Shown piece by piece: positions 40,135 through 49,684 of a DNA stretch of 64,000 nt. Source of the DNA: an uncultured virus (IMG/VR IMGVR_UViG_3300027832_000014) (taxonomy: Duplodnaviria > Heunggongvirae > Uroviricota > Caudoviricetes); the IMG/VR virus record IMGVR_UViG_3300027832_000014; one strand, given 5' to 3'. Numbering within the stretch: the stretch's first letter is position 1; each line of letters opens with the position of its first letter. Both the position numbers and the translations under genes were made by a program. The notes beneath the pieces are model-generated. The model was not told the DNA's origin and searched no databases. It saw only the letters and a list, made by a program, of their open reading frames with translations.

Positions 40135-40386
40135 TTAGAAAGTGCTGTAGCGGTAACCAATGGCACCATTGATGGGACACCACGAATAGCCAAGGGTGCT
40201 GAACACAAAGCCCCTACCGCATAGTCGGTCGAGGTGCTTTCTTGCCGTTGTTGTGGACACTCCCGCCCTTTCGGCAACTCTTTCCGCCGAAAAATGACAG
40301 CGAAACAGTATTTCCCCCGGCGAAGGGGCTTCGCTGCACAATGAACGCAGTGCTTCTCCTACTTTGTAAGCGCTGTTTTGTTTCAT
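40135..40386 (-). CDS. Small HTH protein
   Basis: SAERVAERAGVSTTTARKHLDRL. Confidence 0.7.
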   Translation of the reverse strand: MKQNSAYKVGEALRSLCSEAPSPGEILFRCHFSAERVAERAGVSTTTARKHLDRLCGRGFVFSTLGYSWCPINGAIGYRYSTF

Positions 40387-41300
40387 TGTAATGTACTCCT
40401 CCAGTTAGTTGCAGTGACACAAGATAAAGTGTCTAAAGAATCTATAAAAGAAAGGGACGCTAAGGTTTCCCCTAGCGTCCCTCACTTTGTGCAGGACATG
40501 AAGGTGCTGTTACGCGGCCTTCTGTTCGGCAACCTCGGCCTTCAGGTCGACGGGCTTGGTCACGAGGTCAAACCCATTGCTTCATCAACGAGTTTCTTAG
40601 GGATCAACCAGTCTCGGGTCAAGTTTGTGACCTTGATGTCTGGCTCCTCTTTAAGAACTGTCTTGACAAATACCTTGCCTGCATTTTCCATTTCCTTGAC
40701 AGTAGGGTGACGCGCACCTTTGGGAAGGGTAGCCATACCTTCCTTGGTCCACGGCTTGCCAGTATCGCCGTCAATGCCGTCGTTCCAATACCATTTCCCC
40801 TTGAGAGGAAATACGACGAAACTCAGGAAATGTTTCCACTTCCTAGCACCGCCGTTAGAGATGGCATCGACCATAGCCCCGTCAGGGGTACGGAACGTAC
40901 CAAAGCCGGGAATATTCGTATCGCGAGATGCTTTGAGTTTCTTAGGCTGAACCAGCTTCTTAGCCTTGCTAGCGATAGTCATTTTCTTGTCCTTGTTTTG
41001 TTTCATTGTAATGTACTCCTCCAGTTAGTTGCAGTGACACAAGATAAAGTGTCTAAAGAATCTATAAAAGAAAGGGACGCTAAGGTTTCCCCTAGCGTCC
41101 CTCACTTTGTGCAGGACATGAAGGTGCTGTTACGCGGCCTTCTGTTCGGCAACCTCGGCCTTCTTGGCGCGGGCCTTCTTGGGAGCCGCCTTCTTCTCCG
41201 CCTTCAGGTCGACGGGCTTGGCGTCTTCCGCCTTGGCCACCTTGTAGCGCATCCGACCCATCTTCTCGTCGCGCTTGGCCACGAGGTCAAACCCGTTGCG
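40374..41300. repeat. Direct duplication: 40374-40543 identical to 40994-41163, continuing with two deletions
   Basis: 170-bp identity read directly from the sequence. Confidence 0.95.
40560..41006 (-). CDS. Hypothetical protein
   Basis: Follows a leader repeat. Confidence 0.7.
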   Translation of the reverse strand: MKQNKDKKMTIASKAKKLVQPKKLKASRDTNIPGFGTFRTPDGAMVDAISNGGARKWKHFLSFVVFPLKGKWYWNDGIDGDTGKPWTKEGMATLPKGARHPTVKEMENAGKVFVKTVLKEEPDIKVTNLTRDWLIPKKLVDEAMGLTS

Positions 41301-41483
41301 GTGGAGCACGGCCTTGAGCTTGGTCGGGTTGGTGAACGTTCCGCCGTACACGGCGTCCATCTCGTCCTTGGTCAGCGCCTTCTTACGCATGGCGTCGGCC
41401 AGCTTGCACGAGGCGGTGCCGTTGACGAAGCCAAGCGGGCTGTAGCGCTCGCTGGTCTTCTTGGTGGCGGTCTTGGTCGTCAT
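41130..41483 (-). CDS. Small basic putative DNA-binding protein
   Basis: Lys/Ala-rich tails; core aligns with the 46272 and 48613 proteins. Confidence 0.8.
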   Translation of the reverse strand: MTTKTATKKTSERYSPLGFVNGTASCKLADAMRKKALTKDEMDAVYGGTFTNPTKLKAVLHRNGFDLVAKRDEKMGRMRYKVAKAEDAKPVDLKAEKKAAPKKARAKKAEVAEQKAA

Positions 41484-41558
41484 AGTGTTTCTCCTCCAAG
41501 GAGTTTGCAGTGTGTCGGCACAGGTAAAGTGCCTAAGATAACTCTGTAACTACCCTAT

Positions 41559-41587
41559 ATGTAGGTAAGATCTTAGTTAGGCACAAG
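41559..41587 (-). promoter_or_regulatory. Alphaproteobacterial sigma70-like promoter CTTGTG-N17-CTACAT
   Basis: Resembles the rhizobial consensus CTTGAC-N17-CTATAT; lies upstream of the cassette array. Confidence 0.5.
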
Positions 41588-41724
41588 AGCAAAAACGCTC
41601 TTTGGGATAGAAAAGATCACAAGATGTATTTCTCACCTTCTTGGGTAGTTACTCCTCCAGGTAGTTGCAGTGACACAAGATAAAGTGTCTAAAGAAGGTG
41701 GGGTAACACCTACCTTCTAATGTA

Positions 41725-42051
41725 TTACTCAAAAAGGATCTCATCCATCAGGTCGGCGAACTTTCGGTCGATAGCAGCACCCCAACGAAGGGGCATTTCG
41801 GCGTACAGGTTTCCATGGTCTGGCGGGTAGGCAACAATGTCGACCCATTCGGTAAGATGCAGGTAGTCGCCGCGATGGTGCAGCGCCTTCGACAAGGGCC
41901 GTAGGCCGGTCTGTTCGTAGTCGGGCAACTCATTGCCTAACGCGGAGTAAAAGCGCGCGTAAGTCATGCCCGATTGGAAGCACCACCGGGTATGCAAGAC
42001 CAAGGAAAGTTCTTGCAGCCGTTTGTGCTGCTCGCCGGTAAGTTTTTTCAT
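41725..42051 (-). CDS. Hypothetical protein
   Basis: RBS GGGGAG. Confidence 0.65.
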   Translation of the reverse strand: MKKLTGEQHKRLQELSLVLHTRWCFQSGMTYARFYSALGNELPDYEQTGLRPLSKALHHRGDYLHLTEWVDIVAYPPDHGNLYAEMPLRWGAAIDRKFADLMDEILFE

Positions 42052-42441
42052 CTCTTTTTACTCCCCTAATTGCACCCCCAAGAACTAAATTGGCTATTGT
42101 ATGAGCAAGTTTAATAATGATACCTTGTCGATACAAGGTACATGTACTATTAAGAAGCACATTATTTATCTGCATGTTGTACATTTTAAGGAATGCAGAA
42201 GCAAAAAACCGCAGTATTCCGCCATTTTTACAGGAAATACGCGGTAGCAGGCATGATAGGCAACTACAAAAGAACAAGAAGCAACTAAAGAACAAATAGC
42301 AGAATAATCACAAGAACATGTGACTTACACCACCTTACCTACCGACTAAAATGACCCATGATCAGAATTAAGAGGTAGGCAAGCCTATTAAGAAGTGCCA
42401 TGAAATACGACGCCAAAAAGCACTTCTAAAGCAACCTAACT

Positions 42442-42900
42442 ATGAGGACATCCACCATCATGCGCCGCCCCCGTTTAAAGCACAAAAAGAGCAAGAATAT
42501 GCCACTCCCTATTTCTACAAGGGGCGGCACAGGAAAAGACCTGTTTATAGGGGGTATTGATGGCCGTACTGTACACGCCAAACGTTTTGCAGAACTCTAC
42601 TATGCCATGGCCGACGATCTAGGCGGCGTGGACAGATTGAGTGAGAGGCAAAAGCAACTTATAAGACGAGATGCTACCCTGTCCGTTCTTGCCGAAACAG
42701 AAGAAGCAGCCCTCATTGGCCAAACAGACGGTTGGAACCTGGAGGACTATTTAAACATCATTAAGACCCAAGCACGCTTAGGAAGCATCCTAGGCATTGC
42801 AAAGACAAGAACTGAGATGAAAGGTGTTAACGAACTGTTTGATTCTACAGGTAGGCATGTAGCCGACCTTGGCGAGGAAGAAGACGAACTGTCCGGCTAA
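42442..42900 (+). CDS. Possible terminase small subunit-like protein
   Basis: DGRT.HAKRF...DDLGG.DRLSE.QKQLIRR...ARLGSILGI resembles proteins found ahead of terminases. Confidence 0.5.
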   Translation: MRTSTIMRRPRLKHKKSKNMPLPISTRGGTGKDLFIGGIDGRTVHAKRFAELYYAMADDLGGVDRLSERQKQLIRRDATLSVLAETEEAALIGQTDGWNLEDYLNIIKTQARLGSILGIAKTRTEMKGVNELFDSTGRHVADLGEEEDELSG

Positions 42901-43990
42901 GGCTTGCCAATGCGACAACAAACCAAAAACCGAACAGTTCGCCCCTTTTGTGGCAACCAACCACAACTTTAAGGGATGACCAGACCTTTTCGCACTATAG
43001 TAGGAGAACCCTACTGTGCGGCCCTGCACCCCGATGCTCCATCCGCGGCAGCCCGCGGAAACTCTACAAGAGCCTGGAGGTTTTCATAGTCCCCAAGCTT
43101 CATTTCAACCGCCTTGGCAATCGCACCGTCGAGCTCCAGGAAAGTGCCCCAGAGCTGACGGCCATCGTACACGGCATAACCGAGCAACGAGCGCGGTTCA
43201 CCTTCTACGACGCCAACCAAGGTTTCAAGGTTGATAACGTCTATGCGTGCCATGGTTCCAGCTCCACTTGCCAAAGGCCACTTCCATAAGAAGCACCTTA
43301 ATTGAGACAAGCGATATAAGCCCAAAACAACACCCTGTAAAGAGTACATTTAATGAACAAATAACTTCTACAAAGCCAATAAACCATAAACCCCAAAGAA
43401 CCATAGCCTAGTGGCAAGTAGCCCGTATAAACCGAAGCTGCCATAGGTACCCAAGGAACGTACCCCACAGGGCATAAGAACCTGCGGTCCCACGACCATT
43501 GCCACAGGGGTAAATCATATGATGCGACAAGCTACCTTCCTTGGTGACCAAGGTGCATTCATGTGTGCAGGGGGTGAGCGCGATGGTGTATATGGGTTAA
43601 GATGATTTAGAAGAAGCTAAATGGTGAATTGTATGGGTAAAAGACAGCTAAATGATGGGATGGGTAGTATGTGCCGCAGTTTGTCGAAACCATCGTCTTC
43701 TGAATGCTTCTATATCAGTGTTCTTATGTTCTTACTTCACAAGAAAAGGGGTACACGGTGTCTTCCATGTACCCCCTTCCACTAGTCCAGTATGCCGAGT
43801 GAGAAGTGAACGCCGGCACCACTCACCATTACCGTACCAACACCGATGAACTGCCATGCTGTGCTGTCTACGATGGCCCCTGCACAAATGAGGAAAACAC
43901 CCATGCAGAATGCCAAGCCAAAGATGACGAAAAAAAGTACCATCGCCATGTAGCAGCGCAGCCAGTAATTCCTTGTTCGTTTGACCATGG

Positions 43991-44266
43991 TTATTTTCCT
44001 TCTCTTACGTATGCAATACCCACGATGGTCATGGTGTTGACATGGCCGGGGTTGCCCGCGGTGAGTATGAAGGCTTGGTGTTTGGTTGCCTCGATGTTGT
44101 GGCAAAAAACCAAACGGACCTCTGCCTCGTCGCTGGGAGCACCCTGAAGGCAGGCTCCTTTGTACGCATTGGCGATGTGGATGCCGTCGACGACGGGCAT
44201 AACCACGTCGTCTGTTGCCTCTTCGCCCGTCATACTGTCGTTTGTAACAAGATGAACGTTGAACAT
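43991..44266 (-). CDS. Hypothetical protein
   Basis: Follows a leader repeat. Confidence 0.65.
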   Translation of the reverse strand: MFNVHLVTNDSMTGEEATDDVVMPVVDGIHIANAYKGACLQGAPSDEAEVRLVFCHNIEATKHQAFILTAGNPGHVNTMTIVGIAYVREGK

Positions 44267-44353
44267 ATCTAGCTATCTCCTCTTGTATTAGCAGTTTGGC
44301 AGTCTAAATTGCCTAAAGAATAGTGGGGGCACTGAGGCCCCCACGCTTTCTAT

Positions 44354-44788
44354 TCAGATAGGCCAAGCGCCCGCCTTAACCGTGGCGAGATTCTTTTCAG
44401 CCCACCTACGCGCCTTACGACGGCTCTGCTTGCTTGGCATGGCCGTCTTCGGTACGTGCGTATAGTTCTTCTTGTAACGCGCCCTAAACTCTAGCGTCGC
44501 CGCCAAGCGCAGAGCGTCTTTCTCAACCAGCGTAAGCCGACGGCCATGTACGGCCTGCCTTGCGGCTTCGCCTTCTACGTACTGGCCCCACAAGAGCGTC
44601 AACAGGTGCCCTTGCGAGGTAGCCCACGTTTTGCACTCAATGCCGCTTAAAGAACAGCGACCCAAGTACATATTGCCTTCTTTTACGACCATGCCGACTT
44701 TCTTGCGGTTGGCCATAATCTTCCACACCTCAGCACCGATTTTGGCAATGCCGAGGGGGTGTAGCTTAGTCTTAGGTTCCTTAGCCAT
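44354..44788 (-). CDS. Hypothetical basic protein
   Basis: ORF followed by a terminator-like hairpin. Confidence 0.6.
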   Translation of the reverse strand: MAKEPKTKLHPLGIAKIGAEVWKIMANRKKVGMVVKEGNMYLGRCSLSGIECKTWATSQGHLLTLLWGQYVEGEAARQAVHGRRLTLVEKDALRLAATLEFRARYKKNYTHVPKTAMPSKQSRRKARRWAEKNLATVKAGAWPI

Positions 44789-46271
44789 GGTTGTATTTCT
44801 ACTTTCAACGATTGGTTGCCATGTTACATTCAAAGTACCTAAAGGGTTTTGGGGGTAACGACCGATTTCTGCGTAGAGGTAGCTGGTTTGGACGCTTTAC
44901 TACCGCGCATACTTTCTATTTTGTTGTTGCTTGTTAAGAAGTTACCCCGTTTGCCCAATTATTTCAGAACGGTGCCACCCACCCGGTAAATTATATCTAG
45001 CTTCACCGGGCCTGCCTTGGCGAATTAGAAACCAAGACAGTATGGCGGTAATGCCGAATGGCACCGCCCCACTGCTTATTTGGAGGAGGAGATTTTACTA
45101 TGGGGGCTGCCCTACTTGATTCTCCATTGTAGCCAACTACTGCGACTTTATGCTGCACTAAGTAGATATTTGGGGCCTAACCCCTGCTTACCTGACTACG
45201 ACGTGCGCCGCATGGCTGGTATTGCCCGCTAGGGGCAACTTACGAATGAATAACAAGGTACTGTATGCCCTTGCACCCTGGATGGGCCGCTTCTTAACCT
45301 TACCAGCTTGCTTGCTTGCCGCTTGTAGAATGGGCGAAGGGCGTAGTAAAGTCTTAGCGGGGCCGCTTTGCTAACGGACCGATGGCACTAGGGCTGCGGC
45401 ACATGCTGTTAGGAATACCCCGGCACTTACGATGATTCCAAAGGGGCTTTTTTAGGTTACCCCTTGTGAAACCAACTGGCTTCTCTCTTCCACCCCACCT
45501 TTTACCGTGGGCTTTGCGACTGTGCGGCTGCATGGTGGAACTTTGGACGGCCACCTGCACCCATTTTCGCCTTATTATGAACGCTTTGTTATGGGGTAGC
45601 TGCCCCCAGCCGACCGACTTAACAGCCGCTATTTAAAGTAGACACACACACACAACCTACATAATAACATAACCAGCGCCACAACATAGCTCTGCAACTA
45701 TTATTTGCCTCCGATGGGTATAAACGGGTTCAGGCACTTCTCGTATTATCCGCTATATACCCCTATGGTCCAGCTTCACCGGGCGTACCTGTCTGTTCTT
45801 GCTAGATCGTTAGATAGATAGATGCTCAAAGACACACAGTTCCATAGAATAATGAACTTCACACACACACATACCTGTATAAGGAAACTCGAACTTCTTT
45901 GTTCTTTTTTTAAAATTATCCGTTTTTATGGGTAAAACACTTCTTTTTTGACCAAAAAACAAGAAGGATGGACTTTTTCACTATATACGCCCATAGAATT
46001 AGTTTCAGTGAAGTTCGAGTCGCATTGCTAATATTCCAACCTCCCCCATCGCAAGAACCACGATACTCGAACTTCCTTTTATATATAGATCAAAGAATAT
46101 CGAACTTCGCAGGGTTTACCACAAGAACCACGATACTCGAACTTCCCCACGGAGAGATAGTGTAGAAGAAGTTCAACAGAAACTACCCTTGCAAGATACG
46201 TTCGAGTTTCTCGGCCCGGTACACAAAAAAAAAGGAGGCGAGGCCCGTAGGCCCCGCCCCCCTTCTTTCAA

Positions 46272-46682
46272 CTAGGCCCTGTGGGCGTTGGTCGAGTGCT
46301 TGCCCGCCTTGCCCTTGGTGGCCTCGCCATCGATGCTGTACAGTACCGCGCCGTGCTCGTTACGGGTGGTCGTGGTGCTGAACCCTGCCGCCCGCGCCTT
46401 GGCCAGCAACTTGGCGATGTTCGCGTAGTGCCCACCGGCCAAGTTGTTCAACGCCGCCTGCGTGGCGGGGTTGTTGTGAATGTGCGCCGCCACCATGGCG
46501 GGCACACTGTTGACACGGAAGCCGAACGGGCAGCGCGCCCCTTCAGTAACAAGCGCATACTTCCACTTTCCGCCGGAAGCCTGCCCCACGGTGAAGTGGA
46601 CCAAGGGCAGGGCGTTGGGGTTAACCAGCGCCTTGCGAGCGGCCGAAGTAGCAGCAGCCTTGGTAGCGTAAAGAGTCTTCAT
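46272..46682 (-). CDS. Basic Ala-rich protein, paralog A
   Basis: RBS GGAG, downstream terminator; highly similar to 48613-49083. Confidence 0.85.
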   Translation of the reverse strand: MKTLYATKAAATSAARKALVNPNALPLVHFTVGQASGGKWKYALVTEGARCPFGFRVNSVPAMVAAHIHNNPATQAALNNLAGGHYANIAKLLAKARAAGFSTTTTRNEHGAVLYSIDGEATKGKAGKHSTNAHRA

Positions 46683-47225
46683 AACTAATTCTCCGAGTGG
46701 TTGGTTTGAATTGGCCAAGGGGCAAGCCAAAGAAGCCCCCTGCCTTCGCTACGTTCACTATCGAACCAGTAGCGGGTACTACCTATTTAGTTGGTAGCAA
46801 ACACAATATACAAGATCTATATATTCTAGTATATGAAATAAAACAAGAACATGCTCTATAATTTTTACCCCTATGTCCTAAGATACTCGAACTTCGCTGG
46901 ACCTTTTCGCTTTAGAAGACTTTTAGAAATAAAGTCAAAGGATTCGAAGAACGCGTCCACGTATTAAAGAGTTTCGAACTTCACTGGAGGTAGAACAAGG
47001 GGAAGAAGTTCAACAGAAACTACCCTATGTCCTAAGATACTCGAACTTCACGGGGCATATATACAAAAACTCAAAACAGGGTTTGGACAAGAAAACGCGC
47101 AAACGGAATAAAAACAAGCTGTAAATGTGCTATGCTTGGAATGTACCGCCTGCATAGGTGCAGCCCGCCACTGGCGCAAACCGCGTGGCGCTTACCAACC
47201 AAGGCAACCAACTAGGAGAACTTCA

Positions 47226-47543
47226 ATGGCTACCACCAATGCAATGGACTTGGAGAACTTCCACACTGCCCATGCGGACATCCATTACCTTGCTGCAAAC
47301 GGGCAGGTTACCTTCCTCCAAACCGTGGTTAACGCCAGCCACAACGACGTTCAGGCTATTGTGCTGGCGCACGCAAAGCGCCACCATGTGGCAGGTACCT
47401 ACACCTGCACCACAATGGAAGACGCTAATTTGGAAGATCAGTGGGTATGGGTAGCGCACCACGGCTATAACCCGTACAAAAAAGAGGTGTGGTACTGTTT
47501 GGACGATCAGTATGCAGACACTCCCTACATGTACAAGTTGTAA
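47226..47543 (+). CDS. Hypothetical protein
   Basis: RBS AGGAG; terminator at 47552-47588. Confidence 0.7.
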   Translation: MATTNAMDLENFHTAHADIHYLAANGQVTFLQTVVNASHNDVQAIVLAHAKRHHVAGTYTCTTMEDANLEDQWVWVAHHGYNPYKKEVWYCLDDQYADTPYMYKL

Positions 47544-48390
47544 GTTCTATACGGGGCAGGGCACAATGCCCTACCCCTTCTTTTTTTATGTACCTGCAAT
47601 ATAGTTTCTACATTCACGGGGGTACAGGGTTAAACAAGCTACCTTGTCCAATGCACCACGGCGATCACGGCCACAGTAGTGATTGCAGCCATTTTAAAGC
47701 CCGTATAGCACGATCTGTGTCCTTGTTAGCTAGTGGGGTCGCTTAAGCCCAATAAGAAGCTATTGGGTCGCTTAATTTTGCACGTATCATAAGAACAGAC
47801 CTTTTAACTTTAGAGCAGACCTATTGAGAACGTAGAAGGATTCGACGTGTAAAAAGAAGGTTCGAATCCCCTGGATCTGACTTAAAATGCTCGAACTTCA
47901 CGCTTCCAGCCGTTCTGAAGCAGAAACTCCCCATTCTGGCAATTCTACTTCTCAGAACGTAAGAAGGTCTCCCCAGAACGTAAGAAGAAGTCAGATTCGC
48001 AAGATAACCAGTCAGATCGCAAGATGAGAAGCGATTGTTCTCGGTCGTGGCACGGTTCTTGCTTTCCGGCACTCGCGCTTGCAAGATCTGTGCCAGTTCT
48101 GCGTCAAGTTCTTTTTATTTTAAAAAGATCTTTTTTCTGTTGACGTGTTCTCTTCGCCACAAAAGAGTTGCAAGAAAGAGCCGCTCTAGGAGGCCTCGTA
48201 GAACGCGAGAAACGGAGGGACATGGATGGTGCTCCCACGGACGATCCACTTCTCTTCTACGGCGCTCTTTCACGTGCTAGAAGCTGTCATGCAAATTCTG
48301 CATAGATGGCACTGGGAGGGCTTGCGCGGGCAATTTCCGTGCCAAACGAGAACAGATTTGATAAGATAATTATGCTTGAAGGTGCGTTTT

Positions 48391-48419
48391 TTTGTATACG
48401 CCATTGCTGGCTGCTATAT
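48391..48419 (+). promoter_or_regulatory. sigma70-like promoter TTTGTA-N17-CTATAT
   Basis: Rhizobial-type spacing; sits at the left edge of the GA/TC-free island. Confidence 0.5.
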
Positions 48420-48612
48420 GGTTAGTGGCGTTGCAACTGCATAGCAACACCCCGCCACTAGCTAGCGCGTGGCGCGCCTGCCCCGCGCTAGGCCATGGCC
48501 TAGTTACTGCACACGGGGGTACGGTTACTAACTACGCCATGCCGTGCAGGCTTACCGTGCACGCCATGGCGCACTAACTGGCAACCACACCACCAACTAA
48601 AGGTACAAAACA

Positions 48613-49083
48613 ATGCGCAAACAATATGCAACAAAGGCTGCTGCTACCAGTGCGGCACGCAAGGCGCTTGCTAACCCCAACGCCCTGCCCTTGGTACACT
48701 TCACCGTTGCACAGGGCAGCGGCGACAAGTGGCGCTATGCGCTGGTTACCGCAGGGGCGCGTTGCCCCTATGGCTTTAGGGCGGGCAGCGTACCCGCTGC
48801 CGTTGCAGCGGCCATAGGGCAACAGCCACACACGCAAGCGCAACTTAACACGCTGGCGGGCGGCCACTATGCCAACATTGCCAAGCTTTTGGCAAAGGCG
48901 CGGGCGGCAGGGTTTAACACTGCCACGGCGCGCAACGTTACCGGCGCGGTAACCTACGCCATAGGCGAGCCGGCCACCAAGGGCAAGGCGGGCACACACA
49001 CCACTGGCAACGCGCACCGTGCCGCGCCAAGCGCCACCCTAGCGCCGCCAAGCGCCACCCTAGCGCCGCCAAGCGCCACCTAG
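48613..49083 (+). CDS. Basic Ala-rich protein, paralog B (GA/TC-depleted)
   Basis: Aligns end to end with 46272-46682; APPSATL repeat tail. Confidence 0.85.
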   Translation: MRKQYATKAAATSAARKALANPNALPLVHFTVAQGSGDKWRYALVTAGARCPYGFRAGSVPAAVAAAIGQQPHTQAQLNTLAGGHYANIAKLLAKARAAGFNTATARNVTGAVTYAIGEPATKGKAGTHTTGNAHRAAPSATLAPPSATLAPPSAT

Positions 49084-49135
49084 CGCCACCTAGCGCCACC
49101 TAGCGGCAGGCACGTTGCCTGCCGCTAGGGTGGCC
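49025..49135 (+). repeat. 21-bp x3 and 10-bp x3 tandem repeats followed by a 12-bp hairpin
   Basis: GCCAAGCGCCACCCTAGCGCC units; TAGCGGCAGGCA-CGT-TGCCTGCCGCTA. Confidence 0.9.
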
Positions 49136-49173
49136 TACAACCTAACAACAAGCGCCATGGGGGCGCACAAACA

Positions 49174-49356
49174 ATGGTCAACGTTATAACTTATTTTCTT
49201 GGCGTCTTTATTATAGCGGGCACCACGCTGGCCATGGTGTACATGGGCAATGACTTAACTTGGGGCGTGTTCGCTTGCGGCTTTACTTCGCAGTTAGCGG
49301 GCGGCGCGCTGGGTTTACTTGCGTTGCTTAAAGGTACTAGCCGCCCCTATTCGTAA
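49174..49356 (+). CDS. Small two-TM membrane protein
   Basis: Two hydrophobic segments. Confidence 0.55.
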   Translation: MVNVITYFLGVFIIAGTTLAMVYMGNDLTWGVFACGFTSQLAGGALGLLALLKGTSRPYS

Positions 49357-49684
49357 ACCTATTGAGTACCCTATAGGGGGCGCGCGCCGCAACGTGTACC
49401 CTATGTAGGGTCAGGGTTGTAGATAAAATACGTCGGAGTCAAAATAGTTGAACGATCTGCTTTTAGTGGAATACGTCGTAGTTAAAATAATTCCTCGAGC
49501 TGCTTTTAGTAGAATAAACACAATACCCCGGCACCAGAACAGCCAAACGATCCATTACTAATAGAATAACCCCCAATAACACCCCCGAACGAGACACCAT
49601 TTCCCAAGAACAATTACAAGAACCACACACACAATACCAGATAAAAAACATCCATTACCCATACATCTACAACCGTATCCACGG

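Larger units (their letters stand above)
34172..44316 (-). promoter_or_regulatory. Dispersed leader repeat TTA-hairpin-ACTGC-TGGAGGAG, about 12 copies
   Basis: Copies at about 34172, 35400, 36512, 37214, 38507, 39367 (degenerate), 40065, 40396, 41016, 41491, 41652, 44277. Confidence 0.85.
45850..47900. repeat. Iteron-like (GATAC)TCGAACTTC repeats, about 12 copies in both orientations
   Basis: Examples at 45888, 46010 (rc), 46062, 46099, 46132, 46882, 46973, 47036, 47890. Confidence 0.85.

Noticed and set aside
43590..43660. Short TATGGGT..AGCTAAATG repeat pair
   Set aside because: Only two imperfect copies and no supporting context.
34172..44316. Leader repeats as a CRISPR array or integron attC sites
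   Set aside because: Spacers are whole genes, no cas or integrase is seen, and no attC core/inverse-core structure was recognised.
46272..49083. Paralog pair as DGR template/variable repeats or transposon ends
   Set aside because: Differences are not adenine-specific, and no reverse transcriptase or transposase is present.
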